This document shows positions 45,794-55,305 of a stretch of DNA of 64,000 nucleotides, one piece after another. The translations under genes and the position numbers were made by a program. The notes below the pieces were generated by a model. That model did no database searches, was not told where the DNA came from, and saw only the letters and a program-made list of their open reading frames with translations. Source of the DNA: a virus. Taxonomy: Duplodnaviria > Caudoviricetes. Position 1 is the stretch's first letter, and every line of letters starts with the position of its first letter. Where the stretch lies: the IMG/VR virus record IMGVR_UViG_3300043036_000358, positions 8,975 through 72,974 of that record; one strand, 5' to 3'.

Positions 45794-48700
45794 TTATCTC
45801 CTTACAATGGAAGGACGTTGTCCAAATCCATTAGTTAGTGCTTGCTGGGTACTTGAACCAGGCTTGCTTAATTGGTCTGCTACCATGTCACCTACCATAA
45901 CCTCAATCTTACGATTGCCCTTGCTGTCCACAGTTTCTTTGGTTTCTGCTTTTTCAGTACTATAGTTATTAATAACTACTTCTACATTGCTTCCACCACC
46001 CTGTGCGCGAACGCCCAGATTTCCACTACCGTCACGTGTAAGTGGCATAATGGCTTCTGGGCCGGCTTCGCCCATTAGCCCTGTGCCTTTTGCAAACTTA
46101 AATAAGGTTGGTGAATTAACAATACTATTGGTAAATGCACCACCTTTGGCAAATGCCTCAATACCATAGTCAAAGGCATTACCTTTGGCGCTAGGAGCCA
46201 TCATATTAAGTCCAGCATCAAACATCGCGTTACCCGCAGCATTTGTATCGCCCATAGTAGCAAAGTAGTTGAAGCCTGCATTAAGTATACCACCAAAACC
46301 ACCAGAACCTCTAATAAAGGACATTTGTGCTTGCTGAATTTCGTAGCGCAGTAATCCTTCTATAAAGCTAGAAATCATTGACTCAAAACTGAGTTTACCA
46401 GTTTTAGTAAATTCTACAATGGCATCTTCCATGCCTTTCATGGAATTTTCAAATATATCTGCATAAGCTTTTTGGCGAACACTTAGTTCACCGAGTATAT
46501 TTAATCGTTCTTTGTCTGCGGTGCCTTGTTCTCTGATTCTCTGTGTAGAGTCAGTATAAAACTTCAGTGCATTTGCTTTGTCGGTTTCAATTTGAGCACT
46601 ACGTTGAGGTGTTACATTTCCGGCAGCTATTTCTTTATTTAAAGCAACAGTTTTATTAATATAATCTGATAAAGCCTGATTTAACTGCTGTGCAGTATTC
46701 AGCTCCACTCTTTTTAACTCATTGAGATTAGTCTGATCTTCGTACTGCTGCTGACTAATTGTTTTTTGAGCTAGTTTTGTATCCAAGGACTTTTGATCTA
46801 TGTCCAGGCTTTGTACTCTGGTATCGTACTCTAGTGTACTTGCTGCGTTATTATCAGAAAGAATTTGAGATATTCTATCATAGTCTCTGGCAGTAGTTTC
46901 GACTAATAAGGCTGACTTAGCTTGAGTATCTGTAGTTGCTTCTAGTATAGCGAAGCGAGCCTCAGCGTCCTTTGTTTGCTTTTCATAGGTAGGTAAATCA
47001 GTTCTTGCTGCTGTTAGTGCCTCTTGACCTGCCTGAGCAGCAGCTCCACTAATACCGTTAACTGCTGGCTTAGTTACTATGTCTATAACACCTTTTGCTT
47101 GTGACACAGTTTGTCGTTCTGCTATAGTAGCTTGACGTTTTCTCTCTGCTTCAGTAACTAATCTGAATTGCTTGTTTATAGTGTCTCTATCTTCTAAGGT
47201 TAAGCCTTCTTGAGCTAGTTGGGCATCTCTTTGTACTTCTTTCTCTTTTATGTAATCAGCATCATTTCTATTGTCTTGCTCAAATAGTGCTAACTTTTTA
47301 TCAAGTGCTCTTTTTTGCTCGTTGCTTATCTTATTTATATCTAGTACGGCTAGTTGAGACTGCATACCTGATCTTAGCTGCTGCTGTTCAAAATAAGCAC
47401 CTTTTAACTCTGCTGGAACGTTTTCTTTTGCAAGTGTACCCCTGTAGATTTGCTCTTCAGCTTGGGCTAATCCAAGTTCTTTGCTTATTTCTGCTTGCTT
47501 TTCTGGCGTAGCATTTTGTAGTTTTTTCTCTAGATCCATTACTTTCTGAGAAGCAGTTGATATTTTTAATTGGTTAGTAAGCGTATAGATTGATTGAATT
47601 TCTTGCTTGCGAATATCAATTGACTTATTTTCCAAAGTCATCTGTGCTTCAATAGTTGCCTGTGACTTGGGTAGTGCTGAAACTAAACCTTTTTGCTGAT
47701 CTATACCGGCTTGTGCGGATGCTGTTTTTACTTTTGCTAAAGCTATTTTAAAAGCGTACTCCATGGAATCAGCTGTAGCTTTCTTTAAAACATTACCAAG
47801 TTCAGCTAAACTCTTTTTATCTGCTTGTAGCTTTACAAAAATAGCATCTCGTTGCAGTGAATCATATGCTTGAGTATCAATATCTTCCCAATAACTTGCA
47901 CCACTCAAGGATTTAAGTTGAAGCTCTGCGTCTTGTATTGCTTTTGTTAATCTTTTGAAATCCTCAGCAACAGCTAAAATTTGAGCGGCCGACTCTGGCG
48001 AAAAGGCTTGGAGCTTACTTGTGTCTGCTATTATATCATTAAAAGTAGCTGCCGCAACTTTTGGATTCTCAAATGCCTTAGTCATGATATCTGACTGCTT
48101 GGCAATTGCACTAGCATAGTTAGATACTACATCGTTTGGTTTTAATGTATTTTCTAGTGCTGTAAATGCTGTAGTTACATTTTTGAATCCATCACGTATT
48201 AGGGCAACAGAACTAGCTACTGCTTGGTTCTTTACTTTTAATTCTTCGGCGTCTTTTGTTAATTGTTTTAACTTTTTAGGGTCAATACTATCTAGTGCAT
48301 CGTCTATTGCAAAAAAGTTTAAGTCGTCTATTGATAGTAGATTCTTTAACTTACCCTCAAATTCGCTTTTTAATGCCGGATCTTCTATGGTTTCTAACAA
48401 CTTGGTTATGCTAGAGGCTAATCCTTTGGCTACATCATCTTGTTTTGATAGACCTACCAGGCTTTTTAAGCTTTCCCATACCATATCTACACCGTTGGAA
48501 GCTTTATCAAAATCCGCAAACTTATTAACTAACTTATCCATAGCATCTACTAGGCCAACTGTTGCATTGGCTTTGGCCATTATTGACTCTGAAGAAAGTA
48601 CGTTGTTGAACTTCTCAAAAGTACCGGTGGCAGTTTTTACAGCTTCATCTGATTGTTCAATGGCGGAACCTAGAGCCTCGGCTTCTTTACGGTTTTTTGA

Positions 48701-50407
48701 CATAAAGGAGTATAGAGTAGATAGTGCTCCAACTACTAGACCAACTGTACCAAAAAATCCAGTTACAACACTTGCAGCTCTTGAAATAGCGGTGGTTGCG
48801 ATTGCAGCTGCACCGCCTACTCTGGTAAATCCAGCAGATATTCCTGTTAATTTTTCGTCTTTGATACCTTTGTTTAGCTTTTCCCAAGACTGTGACATAG
48901 AACCGGTTGAAGCATTTTCCGCCGCCTCAGATATCAATGCGGATCTAGACTTGGAGATTCTTGCTTTATTTAGCTCATCTCTGGCAAAACCTGCTGCAGA
49001 TAACTTGCTAGCACCTGATATGTTTTTATTTGTTTGATCGCTGATCTTTTCTAGTAATTTTTCGTGTTCTTTTTCGGACTTTATCCAACCATCTAAAGCT
49101 ACACGAGCTTCTTTATAAGCCGCGGCCAATTGTTTATTACCAGCTGCAGCTGCTTCTGCTTGTTTTGACTGTAAATATCCTCGATCTTCTTTGCTAAGTG
49201 TTGTGCCTTGTAATATATTTTGAGTACGTTCATCAAAAACACCAGCCATACCCTTGGACTTTTTAAGTCTTCGCTCTGCTTTTTCAAAACTAGCTAATTT
49301 TGCATCTGCCTCAGCCTCGGACATATTAATAATGTACTGAAACTGATCTTTTTCAATCTTTTTAATAGCGTCGCTTTTTTGTTGCCACTTTTTCTCAGAC
49401 TCATCTGCTGATGAAGCTAAAGCTGACTTATACTGTCCTATTGCTGGTATAGCTTGTTTTAGTAGCAAACTACCTAAACCTGCTACCACTATGCCCAAAG
49501 CAGTTGGACTTGAGCTTAGCAAGCTGATTAGTGGTCCAAGTGCTGTGTTAATAAAACCCAGTACTTTGTTAGACAAGTTTGTTAGTGAGGCAGCTAACTG
49601 GTCGTAGGGGTTTGCCTCAATTTTGATACTGCCAAACTTAGCAGTACCTTCTGCAAGCACAGCATTAGCAAATGCCTGACGTTTTTCAAAGTCTGTTAAA
49701 CTAGCTGCTGATTTACCAATTCTTTTTGCATAATCTTCTGTTGCAGCACCTACTTTGGTAAAGATACCCAATTCGTCTAATAGTTCTGGTTCTAGCTTGG
49801 TAATACCACGAGTAAGACGACTAACAGCATCGGCCATGTCGATACCTAGGGCTTTACTAGCATTATTTGCTACTTTTCCCAACTGTTCGAACTGTGCTTG
49901 ACTTAGTCCACTAGACACTGCTTTAACAGTTGCAGAAACGGCATCTTTTAAACTGATTGCACCATCCGAGGCTTCTACAAATCTTTGCGCCATGCTGCCC
50001 AAAGCTATACCACTGGAAATTCCCAGTTGATTCATACCTTGAATCATGTTAGTGACGTTTGCGGCGTTACTTAGTGCACTAAACGCAGCGCTAACGGCAA
50101 ATATGTTAGCTGCCCAGGTAGCGTATAGGCGAACTAGTCCACCAAGACCTTGTGCTTGGTTGGCAAAATCACGAGCACCGGCTCCTGTTGCTCCCATACT
50201 TCCGCGAGCACGGCCGTATTCAGCGTTTTCACTACCACCCATTGCGGAGCTATAGCTAGACTTTACGGCGCCGCTACCAGACTTAGTACCAGTACTAAGT
50301 CTCTTTGTTTTCTCTAATTCACGGTTTAAGCTTTCAACTTCACTCTTACGACTTTTAATACTGCCTTTGGTGTCTTCTAAACTTAAATCTATTTTGACTG
50401 TTGCCAT
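45794..50407 (-). CDS. Tape measure protein
   Basis: ~1540 aa helical; ARDFANQAQGLGGLVRLYAT and EPELLDELGI near the N-terminus; GEAGPEAIMPL near the C-terminus; AAGGAG RBS before ATG 50407. Confidence 0.93.
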   Translation of the reverse strand: MATVKIDLSLEDTKGSIKSRKSEVESLNRELEKTKRLSTGTKSGSGAVKSSYSSAMGGSENAEYGRARGSMGATGAGARDFANQAQGLGGLVRLYATWAANIFAVSAAFSALSNAANVTNMIQGMNQLGISSGIALGSMAQRFVEASDGAISLKDAVSATVKAVSSGLSQAQFEQLGKVANNASKALGIDMADAVSRLTRGITKLEPELLDELGIFTKVGAATEDYAKRIGKSAASLTDFEKRQAFANAVLAEGTAKFGSIKIEANPYDQLAASLTNLSNKVLGFINTALGPLISLLSSSPTALGIVVAGLGSLLLKQAIPAIGQYKSALASSADESEKKWQQKSDAIKKIEKDQFQYIINMSEAEADAKLASFEKAERRLKKSKGMAGVFDERTQNILQGTTLSKEDRGYLQSKQAEAAAAGNKQLAAAYKEARVALDGWIKSEKEHEKLLEKISDQTNKNISGASKLSAAGFARDELNKARISKSRSALISEAAENASTGSMSQSWEKLNKGIKDEKLTGISAGFTRVGGAAAIATTAISRAASVVTGFFGTVGLVVGALSTLYSFMSKNRKEAEALGSAIEQSDEAVKTATGTFEKFNNVLSSESIMAKANATVGLVDAMDKLVNKFADFDKASNGVDMVWESLKSLVGLSKQDDVAKGLASSITKLLETIEDPALKSEFEGKLKNLLSIDDLNFFAIDDALDSIDPKKLKQLTKDAEELKVKNQAVASSVALIRDGFKNVTTAFTALENTLKPNDVVSNYASAIAKQSDIMTKAFENPKVAAATFNDIIADTSKLQAFSPESAAQILAVAEDFKRLTKAIQDAELQLKSLSGASYWEDIDTQAYDSLQRDAIFVKLQADKKSLAELGNVLKKATADSMEYAFKIALAKVKTASAQAGIDQQKGLVSALPKSQATIEAQMTLENKSIDIRKQEIQSIYTLTNQLKISTASQKVMDLEKKLQNATPEKQAEISKELGLAQAEEQIYRGTLAKENVPAELKGAYFEQQQLRSGMQSQLAVLDINKISNEQKRALDKKLALFEQDNRNDADYIKEKEVQRDAQLAQEGLTLEDRDTINKQFRLVTEAERKRQATIAERQTVSQAKGVIDIVTKPAVNGISGAAAQAGQEALTAARTDLPTYEKQTKDAEARFAILEATTDTQAKSALLVETTARDYDRISQILSDNNAASTLEYDTRVQSLDIDQKSLDTKLAQKTISQQQYEDQTNLNELKRVELNTAQQLNQALSDYINKTVALNKEIAAGNVTPQRSAQIETDKANALKFYTDSTQRIREQGTADKERLNILGELSVRQKAYADIFENSMKGMEDAIVEFTKTGKLSFESMISSFIEGLLRYEIQQAQMSFIRGSGGFGGILNAGFNYFATMGDTNAAGNAMFDAGLNMMAPSAKGNAFDYGIEAFAKGGAFTNSIVNSPTLFKFAKGTGLMGEAGPEAIMPLTRDGSGNLGVRAQGGGSNVEVVINNYSTEKAETKETVDSKGNRKIEVMVGDMVADQLSKPGSSTQQALTNGFGQRPSIVRR

Positions 50408-50463
50408 CTTTGCTCCTTTACTTAGAACCTGTGGCTTAAATTGCACAAACTTTGATACAGACC

Positions 50464-50492
50464 ATTATATCATGTAACCATTATAATGTCAA
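50464..50492 (-). promoter_or_regulatory. Perfect-consensus sigma70 promoter for tape measure
   Basis: Minus strand TTGACA-17 nt-TATAAT. Confidence 0.85.
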
Positions 50493-50511
50493 ACCAAAAA
50501 ATTTTTAACAT

Positions 50512-50546
50512 AAAAAAACCCGCGAGGTTTTAAGTCGCGGGTTTTT
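50512..50546 (-). terminator. Terminator after tail chaperones
   Basis: Minus strand AAAAACCCGCGA / TCGCGGGTTTTTTT. Confidence 0.8.
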
Positions 50547-50883
50547 CGGCTGCTTTTTTACTGTTTATTTCTTGAGCACGTACTTGATCTATTAGCCGCA
50601 CAAGAGTAATAATAAACTTATTATCTTCTGGACTGATTTCGGAAGCTTCTAATATTTCAGTAATACCAATTAGTGTTTTACCAAGATAAACGCCACTCAT
50701 GCTATCCCACTCATCACGCAACATTCTGTAAACTCCAAACGCCTGCTGAACTTCTATTGGAAAGTCATCAAGTTCAACCGGAATTTCTGAATCAACCGGC
50801 TCACTACCCAAGGCTTCGCACATTTCAAAGTACTGATCCCGGGTCATGTTCACATTAGAATTTTGCATGTAATTTACGAGCAA
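50530..50883 (-). CDS. Tail assembly chaperone, frameshift (gpT-like) segment
   Basis: -1 frame is open from the GGGAAAC slippery site; position between gpG-like gene and TMP. Confidence 0.8.
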   Translation of the reverse strand: MLVNYMQNSNVNMTRDQYFEMCEALGSEPVDSEIPVELDDFPIEVQQAFGVYRMLRDEWDSMSGVYLGKTLIGITEILEASEISPEDNKFIITLVRLIDQVRAQEINSKKAAEKPAT

Positions 50884-50888
50884 CTCAT

Positions 50889-51305
50889 TTAAGGCTTGTT
50901 GCTGCTCGAAGAAAAGTTTCCCAGGTCCGATACCTGTTCGCTAATAAAAGCATCAAAGTTACTTGAGTTCTTCATTAAGTACAGTGCATTTTCTGCACTG
51001 AATTCTAGCTCGTCTTCTGGATTTTGTCCAGTTAAGTCTACTGGAGCCAATTGTTCAAGGTAAGCCAGTTTTAGTCCACTCCAGCCTTTTACAGCATTTT
51101 CAACATAAAGTTGCAGGAATAAGTCCTCATTGAACTCATCAGATGCTTGACGATTTTTAAAGCTAGTTTTAGTAGACTTTTTGCGAATGTTAAGAAGCGT
51201 TTCGCGCGATAAGAACGCAATGTTAACCTTGAAGCCATAGAGGCCAGGATACTCTACTTCAACGGATTTTGAAGGAACCAACAGAGATTTTAGGGAAATT
51301 GACAT
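50889..51305 (-). CDS. Tail assembly chaperone (gpG-like)
   Basis: Between major tail and TMP; VKGWSGL motif; ends in a slippery heptamer. Confidence 0.82.
   Translation of the reverse strand: MSISLKSLLVPSKSVEVEYPGLYGFKVNIAFLSRETLLNIRKKSTKTSFKNRQASDEFNEDLFLQLYVENAVKGWSGLKLAYLEQLAPVDLTGQNPEDELEFSAENALYLMKNSSNFDAFISEQVSDLGNFSSSSNKP
50916..50922 (-). other. Programmed -1 frameshift site G GGA AAC
   Basis: X XXY YYZ heptamer in the correct phase (CTG GGA AAC); -1 frame continues KLFFEQQQALNELLVNYM into 50530..50883. Confidence 0.82.
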
Positions 51306-51323
51306 ATTTTTATATTAAGTAAG

Positions 51324-51355
51324 AAAAAGTAGGGTTGGGGATCAATCCAACCCTG
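51324..51355 (-). terminator. Terminator after major tail gene
   Basis: Minus strand AGGGTTGG / CCAACCCT followed by ACTTTTT. Confidence 0.7.
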
Positions 51356-51363
51356 TAGAAAAA

Positions 51364-52497
51364 TTAAGTTGGAGTTGTATTAGGAGTTGTATATGTAATA
51401 TTCAACTCGTTAGCTGCACCAATATCAAAACTGGTACCAGTGTACCCTTGAGCAGTAAAATTAATTGTTGTTGACACAACTTGCTCAGCGTTTACAGCAG
51501 GAATTGATAACACAACCGCAGGCATTTCAAACTCTACTCTAGTAGTATTAGTTCCGCCAACTGCAATCTTTAAGTAGAAGTCAGGATCAACTGATGTAGT
51601 GGAGTTTGTTAGCATGGTATCCATTAGACCCTGCGTGTTGGTAGTGCCTGTACGTAAGTAAGCATTTAAACTTCCGCTAATAGAGCGAGTACCTGTAAAG
51701 TATGTAACTGCTTTATTAACAGTAGCTAAGTTAGCTGGTGTTAAGTAAGTAACATTATTACTAATTGTTAGTGAGCCACCAGTAATAGGCACGCTGTAAG
51801 AGGAGCCACTAGCACCACCAATAACATCTTTTAGTGTAACAACACTCAACTTATTAGCAATATAAGGTGCAGTTGTTACCTTTTGCTTGAAGTTTCCACC
51901 GATAGTACCACTAATTGTTCCACCACTAATTGTTGGGGACGTAATCTGACGTAGTTCACTGCCTTGACCAGACCACTGAATACTAGCAATAGCATCTAAG
52001 CCGAAATCAACCGTTGCGGTGTTTAACACACAGTTATCAATAACAAAAGTTGTTGTATCAAGTACAATAATTAAACCAAATTTTTGTAGTTGGTGTTTAT
52101 TAGAGTTTGTTACTACACAAGTAGCATTGCTAGTATCGTCTTCCCAAGCAGGGTCAGTACCACCAATTGCATCAACTGCAAACATTGCGTTCCACAACAC
52201 AGATTCTTCACAAGTGATGTTTGTACCACCGTCTTGTGGGCGCATATAAGTTGTAAACGAAAAGTCCGCTGGGTCTAGACTTGTGTTAAAACTACGCTGA
52301 CCACGAACTGGGCTAGCGCCAGCTTCGTTTAGTGTAACTGTTTCTTGACCAGTATTCTGACTAAAACTAAAACCTTCTAGTACTTGAATTTCGCGGGTTG
52401 TATCCGCTGTGTGACTTGTAGCTTCTACCTTACCAGTAGTTGAGTCGACTTTAGTCGTGAAGAATACTCGACTATTACGAATTAAATTAAATGACAT
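51364..52497 (-). CDS. Major tail tube protein (T5 pb6-like)
   Basis: LIRNSRVFF, EIQVLEGFSFSQ, FNTSLDPADFSFTTYMRP; position and size. Confidence 0.85.
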   Translation of the reverse strand: MSFNLIRNSRVFFTTKVDSTTGKVEATSHTADTTREIQVLEGFSFSQNTGQETVTLNEAGASPVRGQRSFNTSLDPADFSFTTYMRPQDGGTNITCEESVLWNAMFAVDAIGGTDPAWEDDTSNATCVVTNSNKHQLQKFGLIIVLDTTTFVIDNCVLNTATVDFGLDAIASIQWSGQGSELRQITSPTISGGTISGTIGGNFKQKVTTAPYIANKLSVVTLKDVIGGASGSSYSVPITGGSLTISNNVTYLTPANLATVNKAVTYFTGTRSISGSLNAYLRTGTTNTQGLMDTMLTNSTTSVDPDFYLKIAVGGTNTTRVEFEMPAVVLSIPAVNAEQVVSTTINFTAQGYTGTSFDIGAANELNITYTTPNTTPT

Positions 52498-52573
52498 ATC
52501 TCATTTCCTTGTAGTTAGTACACTAGTACCTTAACTAGACATTTATCTGTTGCTGGCACTTTGGTACGGTTGC

Positions 52574-53011
52574 TTACATAATCTGGTATCGGACTTGTAA
52601 GTTAATTTCGCCAACTGCATAAGGGGCTAAAAGCCCTTCATCAGTTGTTATTGACTGAATTAATATTTCAGTTGTTTCGTAGTTGGTAGTGGCATCGTAT
52701 ACGAGCACACGATTTGCGTCCACACAATTCTCTATGTCTTCTAGTAGTAGTTCTAGTTGTTCACTGGAATCTTCACCGTGGCAATATACTTTAATGGCTA
52801 TACCTAGGTATCCCCAAGTAAAGTTGCCAGGATGATACTCACGTTGCTCAGAACCAGGTGTTAAGTACACTGCTGGAAAGTCTTTTACTTCGTCCCAGAA
52901 TTTTAGCTTGGCATAAGCATTTTGGAATAAGTTGGTTTTATAAGGTGCTTGACCGTTTATTAAGGCTAGCTTAGCAGTCAAGACTTTTACGATTGAGGTT
53001 CTACGACTCAT
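52574..53011 (-). CDS. Tail terminator protein
   Basis: KFWDEVKDFPAVYL, SITTDEGLLAPY.VGEI; directly upstream of tail tube. Confidence 0.78.
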   Translation of the reverse strand: MSRRTSIVKVLTAKLALINGQAPYKTNLFQNAYAKLKFWDEVKDFPAVYLTPGSEQREYHPGNFTWGYLGIAIKVYCHGEDSSEQLELLLEDIENCVDANRVLVYDATTNYETTEILIQSITTDEGLLAPYAVGEINLQVRYQIM

Positions 53012-54651
53012 ATATTTACTGCCCTTAAACGATTGCCTACTTGTTGTGCAGCAATTTCACGAATTGACTTGCTTATCAGCAACTTAGGGTCGCGTGATGC
53101 AGGGGAACTTTGTTTTCCGCCACTTGAGAATGTTGCGTAAGGATTCTTCATGTAGGTATAAAAAGCAGTTATTAAACCTGCTCTGCTTTGGCTCATGCTT
53201 TCAACTTTGGCACTTGAAGCTAGTCTACCAGATCGGTAGTTTAACACACTACGAGAACTTCCGTCACCCATATTGGCGCTGATAACATCTTGCAACTGCT
53301 GGTTGATTAGGTTTTGTAATCCGGTTAAATTAGCCTGTAACTCTGTCGATACAGCTAAACTAACTTTGTTACTTTTAGCTGTAGGCTTATTGAAACTAGT
53401 CTTTTCAGATTTATTTTGTACAGAATTTTTTACTGTTTTTGAAGTTCTAACAGTTGTTGAGCTTTTTTCGCCGGCTACACGTTTGCCTAACAGTATTCCA
53501 GAATAAGCTTCTGTTAAAAAATCTACAATAGACCTAGACGATTTTCCCAATGCTGGATTATTTCTAAGTACTAGTCTTAATATAGTATTTACTATCTTAT
53601 CTTTTGCTGATTTAGTAATAGTAGTTGGTTTCTGTATATTAAAACTACGAACTGCGCTAGCTTCTGAAATCCTACCACGCTGTTGATTTAACTCTGCATC
53701 TTCTATATTTGTAAATGTAACGCCTAGGGCCAATAGTACACCGTAGCCACCCTGACTACTTAAAAAAGTCTTATCTACTCTTATACTATTTTCTAAAAGC
53801 TTACTTTCTATTTTAAATATTTCTGCTGCTTGTTGTGGGCTTGATGACCTACTAGATCTTCCGGAACTTACGCCGTACAGTACTTGAGCAAAGGCAGGGC
53901 TATTAACAAAAGACCCTAGATCATTAATTAATGAGGCATGTCCAGCGTTTACTAGTGTACCTAAACCGAATCCTGAAACTGTATCAGTACCTAAAGTAGC
54001 TTTTATAAAAGCCTCTACTGGTTTATACACGTTTTCTTTTATAGGAGTACCAATTGCATTAAATGAAGATGAAAAAAATACAAATCTAGTACTTGAACTA
54101 CCAAGTCTAGGGTCTACCGCTGCTAGTACAGCTCTATTGCCGAAAATAGAGTTTATGTTTTTAGAGAACTCAAGGCCTAGTATTCTAGCAGATATTGGAT
54201 TATCTATTTTTCTTGTTCTTGCAAATAGTTTACTAGATAGTGAGTTTAGTGCATCTATCGGGTTTTTTACTGTCTGATTACTAAGTAGCTTGTTATGGTA
54301 TTTACTTAAACTATCTACAACTATTTTACTGAGATTTTTATATTCTGTACTATTTTTATCTGCAAACCTTGCGGCTATGCCTGTATCTGCTCCTGGATCC
54401 AGTACGTTTTTACCGGCCTCTGCCAATCTATTTGCAAGTATATTAGTAAAAGACTCTGCGTCTATTACATGTACGTTTGGAATATATTTATCATATGCTA
54501 AACGTAGTTTTGTATCTATTTCGCTAACAAAAGTATTAATATCTTTTGCTGCTTTTTCTTTGGAGTTATAATATGAGGCTTGCTCAGCAACTAATCCAGT
54601 TAAAAACTCTTTTGCATTTGTTGCTATACTATAAGGTATCTCAATAGCCAT
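53008..54651 (-). CDS. Tail completion/neck protein with long N-terminal extension
   Basis: C-terminal LNYRSGRLA...YTYMKNPYATF...RDPKLLISKSIRE matches the T5-like completion-protein pattern. Confidence 0.65.
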   Translation of the reverse strand: MAIEIPYSIATNAKEFLTGLVAEQASYYNSKEKAAKDINTFVSEIDTKLRLAYDKYIPNVHVIDAESFTNILANRLAEAGKNVLDPGADTGIAARFADKNSTEYKNLSKIVVDSLSKYHNKLLSNQTVKNPIDALNSLSSKLFARTRKIDNPISARILGLEFSKNINSIFGNRAVLAAVDPRLGSSSTRFVFFSSSFNAIGTPIKENVYKPVEAFIKATLGTDTVSGFGLGTLVNAGHASLINDLGSFVNSPAFAQVLYGVSSGRSSRSSSPQQAAEIFKIESKLLENSIRVDKTFLSSQGGYGVLLALGVTFTNIEDAELNQQRGRISEASAVRSFNIQKPTTITKSAKDKIVNTILRLVLRNNPALGKSSRSIVDFLTEAYSGILLGKRVAGEKSSTTVRTSKTVKNSVQNKSEKTSFNKPTAKSNKVSLAVSTELQANLTGLQNLINQQLQDVISANMGDGSSRSVLNYRSGRLASSAKVESMSQSRAGLITAFYTYMKNPYATFSSGGKQSSPASRDPKLLISKSIREIAAQQVGNRLRAVNI

Positions 54652-55223
54652 TACGAATAATCCGCCACATAAAGATCTAGCACGCGCTTAATTTGTGCTG
54701 GAAAGTTAGTGTTCATAATATACTCTAGTTGAACACTGCCACCAGCACCTGGTGACTTATTGTTATGTACAGACCCATCGTTTTGGCGATAGTAGCTTAC
54801 TAAATCCATTGCTGCAAGCGCAATATCCAGCGGCACATCATCATAACCTGCAGCATAGGATACACGGTATCCACGAATTCTTTTTGCCCAGTATGCATCT
54901 GTGTTTAGTGGAATAACATAATCACCATCTTGAACCCAGTCAGTGTATTGTGTTAAGTTGCTGTAGCTTTGACCGTAGTTATCACTTTGTTGAACTAGGT
55001 TAACCGATACAACTGGACTTTCGCTAAGTATTAGTTTATCGCAATCACCACTAAATATTTCTACTTTGTCTGAGTCCATGTAGTCCACAAACGTACGACG
55101 GCAGTAGTTTTTTATTAGTTGTGATACTCTTGGGATTAGCCCATCAATATCGCTATCGTAGTTGGTACTCTTGATTCCCGCATACGCCTTATATTCTTGT
55201 CTTGTAATTAGGTTTAATGCCAT
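54651..55223 (-). CDS. Head-tail adaptor/head completion protein
   Basis: LIT.QEYK.Y.GI, YAAGYDDVPLDIALAA.DLVSYY, FP..IKRVLD.Y. Confidence 0.82.
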   Translation of the reverse strand: MALNLITRQEYKAYAGIKSTNYDSDIDGLIPRVSQLIKNYCRRTFVDYMDSDKVEIFSGDCDKLILSESPVVSVNLVQQSDNYGQSYSNLTQYTDWVQDGDYVIPLNTDAYWAKRIRGYRVSYAAGYDDVPLDIALAAMDLVSYYRQNDGSVHNNKSPGAGGSVQLEYIMNTNFPAQIKRVLDLYVADYS

Positions 55224-55263
55224 AGAATCTCCTTGTTTTATAAGTGTACAGTATACACTTATA

Positions 55264-55291
55264 AAACAAGACCCACTTAAGGGTCTTGTTT
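55264..55291 (-). terminator. Terminator after capsid gene
   Basis: AAACAAGACCC / GGGTCTTGTTT 11 bp stem with T run. Confidence 0.75.
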
Positions 55292-55305
55292 ATAGTTTTA
55301 AACTA

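Noticed and set aside
48183-49037. 284-aa + strand ORF
   Set aside because: Antisense shadow of the tape measure gene; Ser/Leu-rich, no RBS or motif
50408-50446. 13-codon N-terminal extension of the tape measure ORF
   Set aside because: The AAGGAG RBS sits before ATG 50407, so the longer start is probably not used
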